Of a stretch of 64,000 bases of DNA, positions 1-11,789 are shown one piece after another. The position numbers and the translations under genes were made by a program. Every line of letters begins with the position of its first letter. Position 1 is the stretch's first letter. Location: NCBI GenBank assembly GCA_038087875.1, contig CM075995.1:10790001-10854000 (forward strand). Direction: 5' to 3'. Source of the stretch: Malacoraja senta (Eukaryota). Below the pieces are notes generated by a model. That model did no database searches. It was given only the letters and a program-made list of their open reading frames with translations, and was not told where the DNA came from.

Positions 1-310
1 AGTTTGGAAACATCGAAGACTGAAGGGCATAAATTTAAGGTGAGAGGGGCAAAGTTTATAGAAGATTTGGCAAGATAAATATTTTATACTGAGAGTGGTG
101 GGTGCCTGGTTTACACTGGTAGTGGTGGAGGCAGATACGATAGTGACGTTTCAGAGATTTTTAGATATGCACATGAATATGTAAGGAATAGAAGGATGGG
201 GGAGTTGGTTCACGTACAGGCAGAAGAGATTAGTTTAACTTGGCATCATGTTTGGCAAAGACAGTGTTAGCTGGAAGACTTGTTCCTGTACTGTTCGATG
301 TTCTGTTTGA
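1..310 (+). mobile_element. Degenerate CR1 LINE 3' fragment
   Basis: Resembles the GH(x)(F/L)KVRG..F ORF2 C-terminus and 3' UTR of the CR1 copies elsewhere in the window. Confidence 0.7.
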
Positions 311-844
311 GCCGTGTCCCTTTAAATCCACTAAATGATGCACCCTTTATTCTTTATCTGTGATCTGTGGATGGCATGATTTGTAACCACGTATAATATT
401 TTCTTTGATTGGATAGCATGCAGGCAATCTCTTATCACAGTACCCCCGGTACACATGGCCATACCAAGCTACACTAAACTGTAGTTTGGTGTGGCCATGT
501 ACCCGCCTAAGTACATTTAAACTTTTAAATTGTACCCACCTCTACTACCTCCTCCAGCTGCTCGTTCCACATATCCACGATAATCTATCCGAGGAGAGGT
601 TTTGCGGAACATAGGCCAAACGCGGGTAAATGGGACTAGCATGGATAGGGCATCTTGCTCGGCCAAGGACAAGTTGGGCTGACGGACCTGCTCTCATTCG
701 AATATACCAATTCACTGCTCTGCCTCCCACACATCCACAGCTTCCTGTCCGACCCCCTCACGTTCTCTCTCAGTCTCCTGGTCCAACCCACCCCCACCCC
801 CAGTCTCCCAGACCACACACTCCTTCCCCTCAATCTCAAATTTC

Positions 845-1545
845 ACACAACAGAACAGCACAGGAACAGGCCCTTCAGCCCACAATGTCCTGTACTGAAC
901 ATAATGCCAATCCCTTATCTGCATGCACGTGATATATCCCTCCATTCCCTACCTATCCATGTGCCTATCCAAATGTCTCTTGATACCACTACCGTACCAG
1001 CCTCCACCACCCCTGGCAGCACATTCCAGGCACCCATCACTCTCTGCGTCAAACGTTATCCTCTCGTCATTGACACCCCCCCCCCCCCGGTAAGCGGTTC
1101 GGACTGTCTATACCTCTCGTTATTTTTTAGACCTATCAGATTTTCCCTGAACTTCGTGTTCCTGAGAAAATAATGCACGTTTGCCCAACCTCTCCTTATA
1201 GCTGTGTTGGAAGGAACTGCAGATACTGGTTTAAATCGAAGATAGACACAATATGCTGGAGTAACACAGCGGGACAGGCAGCATATCTGGAGAGAGGGAA
1301 TGGGTGACGTTTCCGGTGGAGACCCTTCTTCAAACATTCTCATTACGTGTCTGAAGAAGCGTCCCGATTCCAAACGTTTTTTTACCCATATTCTCCAGAG
1401 ATACTGCTGGTCCCGCTGAGTTACTCTAGCATTTTGTGTCTATCTCCTTATAGCTAATGCTCCCTAATCCAGGCAGCATCCTAGTGAACCTCCTCTGCAT
1501 ACTCTCCAATGCCTCTATATCCTTTCTGTAATGGGGCGACCAGTT
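845..1545 (-). mobile_element. Degenerate CR1 3' fragment, interrupted at 1204-1442
   Basis: Minus strand reads WSPHYRKDIEALESMQRRFTRMLPG and continues across the insertion. Confidence 0.75.
1204..1442. mobile_element. Short non-autonomous Penelope-derived element: inverted pair of pLTR/hammerhead-like units with 13-bp TSD
   Basis: TCTCCTTATAGCT duplicated at 1191-1203 and 1443-1455. Two inverted arms, each similar to the 3' end of the Penelope fragment at 22590-22726. Confidence 0.7.
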
Positions 1546-1989
1546 GCACGCGAACGGGCCATTCGGTCGGTGATTCTTATCTACCGATTCCGTTATATCG
1601 AGCCGCCACCATGGGCTTTCGGTTTGTTTTATGTTTACAGGCACATATCCTCCAAATGCAGCCTAACCAAAGCTTCAAATGACTTCCAGATTCTAAGAGG
1701 CAGGTGAGATAGTGGTGGAGTATGGGGAGCCTTGTGCTGTTCGAGAGCTCTTCCCACTGGCAGAGAGAGTCTGAAGTCTGAAGAAGGGTCTGAAAAGGGG
1801 TCTCTAATGAGTCTGGAGAAGGAAGGGTCCTCGGCCCGAAACGTTGCCTATTTCCTTCGCTCCATAGATGCTGCGTCACCCAGTTTCTCCAGCATTTTTG
1901 TGTACCTCCAGATTCTAATAAATAACCCCCCTCCTCCCAGTTTCCTGCCCCCCCCCCCATTCCCAGACCACAGAGACCAATAAGGTCTG

Positions 1990-2530
1990 GTAGGCTCCAC
2001 GCCGGGATCGGTATCTAAGCTCCCCACCTCGCCTGCCCCCACCCCTCGGGCCCCGGGACTCTGCCTCGGCCGCTGACCTCATGGCTCGGTGTAACGCTGC
2101 CCGGACTGTGACGCCGACAGCCCCTCACTTCAGGGTCCGGGGGGGGGGGGGGAGGGGAGATATGGGGGTGGACGGCCGGAGATCGACCGGCGGCGGAGCG
2201 GCGCATGATGTCCAGCCAGCGGCTCAAGGAGTGAACGCAAGTACAGGGGCCCCGAGGCCATCGAAGGGTTGGCGGAGCGATCCAGACCCCACTCCCAGCC
2301 AGAGCCCGACTCGCTCCCGGCACTCGCCAGCTGCGGAGCACAGCTGAAACCGCTGGCCGGGAACGCAGCTCAGGCAGCCATTCCCAGCGAGGGAACACTG
2401 AGGGAGCGCCGCACTGTGGGAGGGGCGGTACCGAGGGAGCGCCGCACTGTGGGAGGGGCGGTGCGGAGGGAGCGCCGCACTGTGGGAGGGGCGGTGCGGA
2501 GGGAGCGTCACACTGTGCGACACTGAGGGA
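1990..2530. promoter_or_regulatory. GC/CpG-rich island, candidate promoter
   Basis: Dense CpG in an otherwise CpG-poor window, with several GGGGCGG boxes. Confidence 0.4.
2400..2525. repeat. 33-bp GC-rich tandem repeat (~3.7 copies)
   Basis: Unit GAGGGAGCGCCGCACTGTGGGAGGGGCGGT(A/G)C(C/G). Confidence 0.9.
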
Positions 2531-2734
2531 GTGGGTTGCACTGAAGAAGTCCCCTACACCCCTTTTCTGCCATCTTTCCCCTCCCCTGTCCCCTTCCACC
2601 CAGATCTCTCCTGTTTTACATTTCACTCCTCTCCTTATCTGCCCCCCTTTTATCTCATTTTCACATCTCGTCTCGTCTTCCTCCGCCCACCTGCCAACCA
2701 CCCTCCTGCACTCATATATATCCAGCTACCACCA

Positions 2735-2930
2735 GAAACTACGAACTGCAGATGCCGGTTTACAACAAAAAAAATACACAAAGTGCTGGAGTAACAGCGG
2801 CTCAGACATCATCTCTGGGATAACAAGGATAAAATGACGTTTCGAGTCGGAACCCTTCTTCAGACGAGAATGTGAAAGGTCCCGACCCGAATAGTCCCAG
2901 AGATGCCGCCTGATCTGCAGAGTTACTGAA
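2735..2930. mobile_element. Second Penelope-derived inverted pLTR/hammerhead-like unit
   Basis: Minus strand at 2835-2865 reads GTCTGAAGAAGGGTTCCGACTCGAAACGTCA. A partial inverted arm follows at about 2871-2927. Confidence 0.6.
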
Positions 2931-2964
2931 CACCACCATGGGACTGCGTAAAAAATAGTCAGTC

Positions 2965-3405
2965 CAACAGCGTGGAAATAGACCCTTCAGTCCAACTTGC
3001 CTACATCAACCACCATTCCCCATCTACACTAGTCCCACCTATCTGCCGTTTGGCCCATATCCATCTAAACCTATCCTATCCATGTGCTATCCAAATGTAT
3101 TTTAAACGTTGTGATAGTACCTGCCTCAACTCCTCCTCTGGCGTCTCGTTCCATACACCCACCATCCTCTGTGTAATAAAGTTGCCCATCAGGTTCCTTT
3201 CTTTCACCCCACATCTGAAACCTATGTTCTCTGGTTCTCGATTCCCCTACACTGGGTAAAAGACTCTTTGCATTCACCCTATCTATTCCTCCTGATTTTA
3301 TACCCCTCCATAATATCACCCCTCATCCTCCTGCGCTTCAAAGAATCGAGTCCTAGCCTGTCCAACCTGTCCCTATATCTCAGGCCCTCGAGCCCTGGCA
3401 ATAAC
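2965..3405 (-). mobile_element. CR1 3' fragment
   Basis: Reads ..SLLPSVGESRTREHRF.. followed by a CR1-type 3' UTR. Confidence 0.75.
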
Positions 3406-4534
3406 CTTCAATAGCTGACAAGCCCGATCTGCTTCTGATGACAGCCACGCCCGAGAGAATGCAGTTATTACAGAAACGTGTACGGAGAGAGCGACATGAC
3501 TGACAGCTCAATCATCGCGGCACAAGCCCTACAAGATTGAGAGAGGTGGGGTTACAGCAGATGGGTGCTCCTTTTTAATTGGAGAGACAATCAGGGTGGT
3601 ACTTAGGCTATTTCAAGGGGGCGAGTGAATCTGAAAAGTAAGAAAGAAAATAATAGGAAACTGAGAGGCAACTTTTCAACCCTGAGGATGGTGGGTATGT
3701 AGAACGAGCTGCCAGAGGAGGTATTTGAGGCAGGTACAATAACAACATTTAGAATTACATTTGGGCAGGTACATGGATAGGAAAGGTTTAGAGGGATATG
3801 GACCAAATGCGGGCAAATGGGATTCGCGTGGATGAGACACAAAATGCTGGAGTAACTCAGGGAGACAGGCAGCATCTCTGGAGAGAAGGAATGGGTGACG
3901 TTTCGGGTTGAGACGCTGAGTAGATGGGACAAGTTCGCCGGCATGAATGAGGTGAGCTGGTGCCTGTTTCTGTGCTATATGACTCTGTGATTCTATTGGC
4001 ATGTCGCTTTAAGAGTTCCCATTCAAGCAGTGTGCACATTTTACACAGAGCTGCCAATAGGAGGAGCTCTCGAACAGCACAAGGCTCCCCATACTCCACC
4101 ACTATCTCACCTGCCTCTTCCTCCCGACAACCCAACTATCTAACCCTTCCATTTCCTTTCTCCCCCATTGATCTCCTCCCCTCCTTTTCCTTTGTCCCTC
4201 TCACCATCCTTTAACCTCTTCTCACCCTTCTTTACCCCCATTTCTGCATCTTCTTCTGCTTCAAAGGAGAGGCGGAGGAATTTATTCAGTCAGAGAGTGG
4301 AGATTCTGTAGAATTCATTGCCACAGAAGACTGTCAAATTATATTTTTAAGGTGGAGATAGACAGATTCTTGATTAGAACGGATGTCAGGAGTTATGGGG
4401 AGAAGGGCAGAGGAATGGGGTTGAGAGGGAAAGATAGATCAGCCATGATTGAATGGTGGAGTCGACTTGATGGGTTGAATAGCCTAATTATGCTTCTAGA
4501 ACTTGTGAACTTCTTCTCAGCTCTTCCCCTCACA

Positions 4535-4825
4535 GGTGGCACATCTGGTAGAATTGAGGCCTCAGAGTACCAGGCACATGGGTTCCATCCTGACCGTGGG
4601 TGCTGTCTGTGCAGAGTTTGCACATTCTCCCTGTGATGTGGATTCCTACCACATCCCAAAGACGTGCGGGTTTGTAGGTTAATTGGTTTCTGTAAATTGT
4701 CCCTAGTGCCTAGGGAATGGATGCAAAACTGGGATAACATTGAACTTGTGTGAATGGGTGATCCATGGTCAGTGTGGACTTGGTGGGCCGAAGGCCCTGT
4801 TTCCATGTTGTATCTCTAAATTTAA
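4535..4825 (+). mobile_element. tRNA-derived V-SINE (HE1-like)
   Basis: tRNA-like head (GGTGGCACA..GGTAG; GGTTCCATCC), V-domain-like GTCTGTGCAGAGTTTGCACATTCTCCCTGTG, and CR1-type tail GGGCCGAAGGCCCTGTTTCC. Confidence 0.75.
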
Positions 4826-5301
4826 TTACACTAAAAGTTCACTGAAGTTGGTGACACGGGTAGACAGGGTGAAGAAGGTGGCATTTGCATGCTTGCTGTG
4901 TTGGAAGAATGTCATTAAACTGGAGAGGGTGCACAAGAAATTTGCTGAGTCACAGAGACATACAGCACAGACACAGGCCCTTAGGCCCAACTAGTCCATG
5001 CTGACCAAGATGCCCCATTTAAGCAGCCCCATTGCCCACATAACCCTCAAAATATTTCCCATCCATATACCTGTCCAAGTGTCTTTTAAATTCTATGATA
5101 CTACCATGTTTCACCACAATGTTACGGTGATTGGAGAGCTTGAACAATAAGGAGAAGCTGGATAGACTGGGACTGTTTTCCCTGGAGCGAGGTGGCTGAA
5201 GGGTGACCTTAGGCAGAGGGATGTACAAAATTATGAGGGGCATAGAGAAGGTGAGTGGTCACACGCTTTTCCCTAGCGTAGAGTATTTTAAAGAAGAGGG
5301 C

Positions 5302-5501
5302 NNNNNNNNNNNNNNNNNNNNNNNNNNNNNNNNNNNNNNNNNNNNNNNNNNNNNNNNNNNNNNNNNNNNNNNNNNNNNNNNNNNNNNNNNNNNNNNNNNN
5401 NNNNNNNNNNNNNNNNNNNNNNNNNNNNNNNNNNNNNNNNNNNNNNNNNNNNNNNNNNNNNNNNNNNNNNNNNNNNNNNNNNNNNNNNNNNNNNNNNNNN
5501 N
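5302..5501. other. Assembly gap (200 N)
   Basis: Run of N. Confidence 1.
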
Positions 5502-5579
5502 CTTTCAGTAGGAGTTTCCATTGCTTTCTCAGCCTTAACTGGTGTTGTGTTCTTTGCTGCTGATGTTTCTCTTCCCCAG

Positions 5580-5716
5580 GGTCATCCATCTGATATCTAC
5601 AGTGGCAGCTGCCAGCTGCAAACCTTCAAGAAGGTTCTGTTCGAAATGGGTCCCAAGTGCTCGGGTGTGCTGGAGTTAGTGTCCTTTAACTCCGTGTCCA
5701 CGGGACACATTGGGGA
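5580..5716 (+). CDS. GPT2-like: Alanine aminotransferase-like gene, internal exon (137 bp) covering the PLP-lysine loop
   Basis: Polypyrimidine+cag acceptor ending at 5579 and GA|gtaagt donor. Translates GHPSDIYSGSCQLQTFKKVLFEMGPKCSGVLELVSFNSVSTGHIG(E), colinear with the ALT segment VYQDNVY..SFKKVL.EMGP....ELASFHSTSKGYMGE. Confidence 0.9.
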
Positions 5717-6094
5717 GTAAGTCACACTGTTCTCTTCCTCTGCTCAGTGACGTGAGAATGGCAGTGTTATTCTGGTGAACACAAGATGCATTCCCATCCC
5801 ATCGTGGTTCAGCCATAGCTCTGCACACGGCCACAATGGGAGAGACTTGTGGATGTTGTCCAGTCTACCACATAGGCCAACCACCCCACCTCCCCAATTG
5901 ACTCCATCTACACTTCACGCTGCCAAAATAATCAAGGACCACTCACACCCCAAGCATTCCCTCTTCTCTGCTCAGAAACGTGGAAATTCAGGAACAGCTA
6001 CTTCTCACTGTTATCAGACTGCAGAACTGTGCTGCCGTAAACTAGGATGTAGTTCCAAACTTCCAACCGACATCATTATGAAAATCTGCATTTT

Positions 6095-9000
6095 AGTTAT
6101 AGTGATACAGTGTGGAAACAGGCCCTTCATCCCAACTTGCTCACACCAGCCACGTCTCAGCTACACTAGTCCCACCTGCCTGGGTCTGGTCCATATCCCT
6201 CCAAACCTGGTCCTATCCATGTAACTGTCTGTTTCTTTAACCTTGGGATACTCCCAGCCTCAAGTACCTCCTCTGGCAGCTTGTTCCATACACCACCACC
6301 CTCAGTTACCCATTAAATCTTTTCCCCTTCACTTTAAACCTAAGTCCACTGGTCCTTGATTCACCAACTCTGGGCAAGAGACTCTGTGCATCTACCCGAT
6401 CTATTCCTCATGATTTTATACACTTTTATATGATCATCCTTCATTCTCCTGTGCTCCAAGGAATAGAGTACGAGCTTACCCAACCTCTTCCTATTGCTCA
6501 GACCCTCATGTCCAGGTAAATCTTCTCTATACCCTTTCCAGCTTGACATCATTTTTCCTACAACGTGGTGCCTGGAACTGAACACAGTAAACAATAGACA
6601 ACAATAAACAATAGGTGCAGGAGAAGGCCACTCGGCCCTTCGAGCCAGCACCGCCTTCTCTGTGATCATGCTGATCATCCATGATCAGTACCCCGTTCCT
6701 GCTTTCTCCCCATATCCCTTGACCCGTTATCAAACTCTCTCTTAAAAATCATCCAGAGAATGGCCTCCACTGCCTTCTATCAACATATGACAGTCCAGCC
6801 ATTTGCAGAAGGACCTCTTTGCTCCAATACTCAACTCTTTTTATGGAAGGCCAAAATGCCATTAGCTCTCTTCATCGCCTGCTGTACCTGCATGCTTACT
6901 TCAGTGACTGATGAACAAGAACCCCGAGATCTCGTTGTATTTCTCCTTTTCCTAACTTGACCACCATTCAGATAATAATCTGCCTTCCTGATCTTGCCAC
7001 CAAAGTGGATAACCTCACATTCATCCACATTAAACTACATCTGCCATGCATCTGCCCACACACCCAACCTGTCCAAGTCACCCTGCATTCTATTAGCATC
7101 CTCCTCACACTGCCACCCAGTTTTGTGTGCAAATTGCTAATGTTACCTTTAATCCCTTCATCTAAATCATTAATGTATATTGTAAATAGCTGCGGTACCA
7201 GCAACGAGCCTTGTGGTACTCCACTAGTCACTGCCTGCCATTCAGAAAGGGACCAACCAATTTTCTAATCATGTCAAATGCTTTCTGAAAGTCCAGGCAC
7301 ATTACGTGCACTGGCCACTCCTTGTCCATTTTCCAAGTTACATCCTTAAAAATTCCAGAAAGTTAGTCAAACATGATTTCCCCTTCATAAATCCTGTTAC
7401 TTCTATCCAAATGTGCTGCTATTTCATATTTTATAATTGACTCCAGCATCTTCCTCACCACCGATGTCAGGCTAACTGGTCTATAATTCTCTGCTTTCTC
7501 TCTCCCGCCTTTCTTAAAAAGTGGGATAATATTAGCTACCCCTCCAATCACAGGAACTGATCCTGATTCTATAGAACATTGGAAAATGATCACCAATGCA
7601 GCCACGATTTCTAGAGCCACTTCCTTAAAGTACCCTGGGATGCAGACCATCAGGCCCTGGGGATTTATCAGCCTTCAGTCCCATCAGTCTACCCAACACC
7701 ATTTCCTGCCTAATGTGAATTTCCTTCAGTTCCTCCATCACCCCAGATCCTCTGACCACTAGTACATCTGGGAGATTGTTTATGCCTTCCTTGGTGAAGA
7801 CAGATCCAACGTACCTGTTCAACTTGTTCCCCATAATAAATTCACCTGTTTCTGTCTTCAAGAGTCCAACTTTGGTCTTAACTCATTTTTTCCTCTTCAC
7901 ATACCTTATGAAGCTTTTACTATCCTCGTTTATATTCTTGGCTAGTTTACCTTAGTACCTCATCTTTTCTCCCCGTATTGCCTTCTTCTGTGCACTTTAA
8001 AATGTTCCCAATCCTCTGGGCTTCCCGCTCATCTTTGCTATGTTATACTTCTTCTCTTTTATTTTTATACTGTCGTTGACATCCCCTGTCAGCCACAGTT
8101 GCCTCTTACTCCCCTTAAAATCTTTCTTCTTCTTTGGCATGACCTGATCCTGCACCTTCTGTATTATTCCCACAAATACCTGCCATTGTTGTTCTACTGT
8201 ATTCCCTGCTAGGGTATCTTTCCAATCAACTTTGGCCAGCTTCTCCCTCAAGGCTCCATAGTCCCCTTTGCTCAACGTCCGATTTTCCCTCCTCCCTCTC
8301 AAATTGTCAATTAAAACTTATCATATTATGGTCACTACCTCCTAATGGCTCCTTTACCTCGAGTTCTCTTATCAAATCCGGTTCATTGCACAAGACCAAA
8401 TCCAGAATTGCCTTCTCCCTGGTAGGCTCCAATACAAGCTGCTCTAAGAATTCATCTCAGAGGCACTCCACAAACTCCCTTTCTTGGGTCCAGTACCAAC
8501 CCGATTTTCCCAGTCTACCTGCATGTTGAAATCTCCCATAACCACCGCAACATTATCTTTGCAAATGCCAATTTTAACTCTTGATTCAACTTGCACCCTA
8601 TATCCAGGCTACTGTTTGGGGGCCTGTAGATAACTCCTACTAGGGTCTTTTTACCAATACAATTCCTCAGTTCTGTCATACTGACTACATCTGATTCTAT
8701 GTCTAAAACACAATACTCTAAATATAGCCTCACCAACTTCTTATACAACTGCAACATGACCTCTCAAATTCTATACTCAATTCTTTTAACTCATGAAGGT
8801 CAATGTTCCAAAAGCCTTTTTGACCACCCTATCTACCTGCAACTCCACCTTCAAGGAACTATGCATCTGCACTCCTAGAACCCTCTGCTCTACAACATTC
8901 CCCAAACCCCGAACATTGAATGTTTCGGTCCTGCCCATGTTAGACTTTACAAAATGCAACACCTCACATTTCTTTGTATTAATTTTCATCAACCATTTCT

Positions 9001-10020
9001 CAGCCCACCTGGCCAATCGAGCAACATCCTGCTGCAATCTTTCACAGCCGTCTTCACTATCTGCAAATACTAATCTTGCCATGCATGTTCTCATCTAAAT
9101 CATTGATATAGATGACAGACAGTAATGTCCCCAGCAACGAACCCTGAGGCACACCACTATTCACGGTGCCCCAGTCTGAGAAGCAACCTCTCCCCATCAC
9201 CCTCTGCATCCTTCCACAAAGCTGATTTTCTATCCATTCAACTGTCACCCCTTGCATCCCATGCACCCTTGCATCCCACCTCTTTGACCATAACAGATTG
9301 CTCTCAAGACATTTCAATTGACTGCCCCTAGTTCCTCCATCCTCCTGTCTTTCTCCTCGGTAAATATAGAGGAGAAATCTCATTGAGGACCTTGTCCATC
9401 TCCTATGGCTCCAAACAGAGGTGTTTGATTCCTGAGGGGACCCACTCTCTCTCTAGCTACCTTTTCCCCTTATGTATTTATAAAATCTTTTGGGATTGTC
9501 CTTAATGCTATCTGTAAAAGCTACTGAATCTCCTGGCCCCTTATTGCCCTAATTTCATTTTTTAGTTTACTCCTTAGTTCCCAAAATTTCCTCCAGGGAT
9601 GCATTTGATCCCAGCTGCCTATACCTGTCCATGAATCCTTCTTAATCTTGATCAATGCCCCAATTTCCCTTGTCAGCCAAACTTCCTTATATTTGCCTGC
9701 CTTACCTTTCACTCTAAAAGGGATGTGCATATGCTGAGTTTTGTCAGCACACTTTTAAAAACATCCCACTTGCCTGATGTTCCTTTCCCCTCAAATAACC
9801 TGCTCCAATCAACCTGAGCGAGACCTTCTCTCATGTCCTCAAAGTTGGCCTTACCTCAATTGAGCATTTTAACATATGGGCATCCTCTGTCCTATTAATA
9901 ACTATCTTAAACCTAATCGAACAGTGGCCACTGGTGCTAAAGGGCCCCTCCCTGGAATACCTCATTTACTTGCCCTCCCCAATTTCCAAGTGTTGCCCTC
10001 TCACTTGTGGGGGCCTCTAC
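6095..10020 (-). mobile_element. Degenerate CR1 LINE, host of a nested CR1, intronic in the ALT-like gene
   Basis: RT motifs SGVPQGS..G.LL..IYINDLD at about 9060-9180. 3' end at about 6095. Confidence 0.75.
6590..8706 (-). mobile_element. Nested, internally deleted CR1 LINE
   Basis: Short-repeat tail at 6590-6615, fragments of APE (YRPPNS), KSPGPDG and RT (SGVPQGS), and imperfect TSD AACACAGTA/AACACAATA at 6581-6589 and 8707-8715. Confidence 0.75.
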
Positions 10021-11150
10021 ATATTGCATTTCACTTTAAATTGTAACACAGCAATGCTATAATCTTCACGCTGGTATTTTCTTCTTTGGAATACCTGTTG
10101 TACATGTGTGTGACTTGATTGTACTCGTGTTATAGTATGACTTGATAACACACAAAACCTTTCATTGCATCTTGGTACATGTGACAATAATAAAGTAAGA
10201 CCAGTACCTCGATCCCAATCCCACTGGCAATCTCACACCGACTCTCTTATTGCCCCATCACTGTGCCCCAGCTCATCTCCTCAGTCTCACCTCTATGGTC
10301 CCATCACTCTGTGCCCTCCGCTTCCCCCACATGTCCTCTACACTTCGATATTTCCATCCTGGGAAAAAGTTTCTGTCTACCCTACCTATACCTCTCATAA
10401 TTCTCCCTGCAACCTCTGCCGTTCCAGAGAAAAACAATCCCAGTGTGTCCAACCACTCTCTTTAGCTAATACCCTCTATTCTAGGCAACATCCTCGTAAA
10501 CTAGTGGGTAAGTCTTGGACCTAGAGGGCACAGCTTTGGAATAAAAGGACATACTTTTAGAAAGGAGATGAGGAGGAATTTCTTTAGTCAGGAGGTGGTG
10601 AATCTGTGGAATTCATTATCACAGACAGCAGTAGAGGCCAAGTCATTGGGTATTTTTAAATTGGAGATTGACAGATTCTTGATTAGTAAGGGTGTCAAAG
10701 GTTAAGGGGAGAAAGCAGAATGCTGTTAAGAGCCATGATTGAATGGCAAAGTAGACTAAATGGGCCAAATGGCCTAATTCTGCTCCCATGACTTATGAAC
10801 CTCTTCTGTACCCTCATCAAAACATCCACATATTTCCTGTAAGGAAGTTGATCAGAACTGCCGCATTACACCATGTGCAGCCGAACCATATGCAGTCAGT
10901 GGGTTATGGACTTGGACCTCTGTTCATCAATGCTATTAAGAATCATGCCTTAATTGTATATTTTCCCCTTACATTCAACCCCCTAATGTGCAACACATCA
11001 CACTGGCTCAGATTAAACTTCATCTGCCATTTCTGTAGCTGATCTACATCTCGCTGCATACCTTGACAGCCTTCTTCAGACTACACAAGCCCCACCAATC
11101 TTGGTGTGGTCTGGAACCAGACTGATGTATTTCTCTCCGGCCATTCATAG

Positions 11151-11325
11151 GTCCGGCGCACGGGGATGTTTCATGGAGGTGCTGAACATGAGTCCAGCGG
11201 TGCAGATGTACATCGGACTGATGCTCTCCGCCTTTCACTCCACCTCGGTGACAGCGCAGATCGCCATCGACGTCGCCACCCGGCCACCGCAACCTGGACA
11301 CCCGTCCTACCCTCTCTTCCAGGCT
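11151..11325 (+). CDS. GPT2-like: Alanine aminotransferase-like gene, internal exon (175 bp)
   Basis: tag| acceptor and |gtgagt donor, with phase 2 matching the previous exon. Translates (E)SGARGCFMEVLNMSPAVQMYIGLMLSAFHSTSVTAQIAIDVATRPPQPGHPSYPLFQA, vs ALT ECGxRGGYxEVxN...PPxPxDPSxxQF. Confidence 0.9.
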
Positions 11326-11789
11326 GTGAGTCCGAGGCGCAGAAGGGCAGAGAGTCACAGAGAGACAGCACAGAAACAGACCCTGTGGCACACCTGGTCT
11401 ATGTCGGCCAAGTTAGCACTTTGGGCTTGTCCCATGTCGACATTTGACATATCCTTTAAACCTTTTGTATCAATGTACCTGTCCGAATATCTTTTTAAAT
11501 GTTGTTAATGTACCTGCCTCAACTACTTCCTCTGGCAGATCCCTACATATACCACTAGCAACGGAGTGAAAAGGTTGCCACTCAGGTTTCTATTTAATTC
11601 TTTCTCCTCTCACAGTAAACCTATACTCTCTGGTTCTTGATTTCCCTACCCTGGGAAAAAGACATTCACCCTATCTACTCTCTTCGTGACTTTATATAGC
11701 TCTATAAGATTACTCCTCAGCCTCCTACGTTCCAAGGAATAAAATCCTAGCCTGCCCAACCTCTACCTATTCCTCAGGCCCTCGAGTTC

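Noticed and set aside
655..1173. 172-aa ORF
   Set aside because: Runs antisense through a decayed CR1 3' end and low-complexity pyrimidine-rich sequence.
1602..1682. Perfect Kozak GCCGCCACCATGG followed by a short ORF
   Set aside because: The ORF is only about 23 codons with no recognisable homology or convincing exon structure.
2015..2701. 228-aa minus-strand ORF with repeats
   Set aside because: Its length is explained by high GC and the 33-bp tandem repeat, and it has no domain signature.
11101..11508. Treating the 135-aa ORF (and 15717-15962) as standalone genes
   Set aside because: Only the GT-AG-bounded portions match ALT. The remainder is intron read-through.
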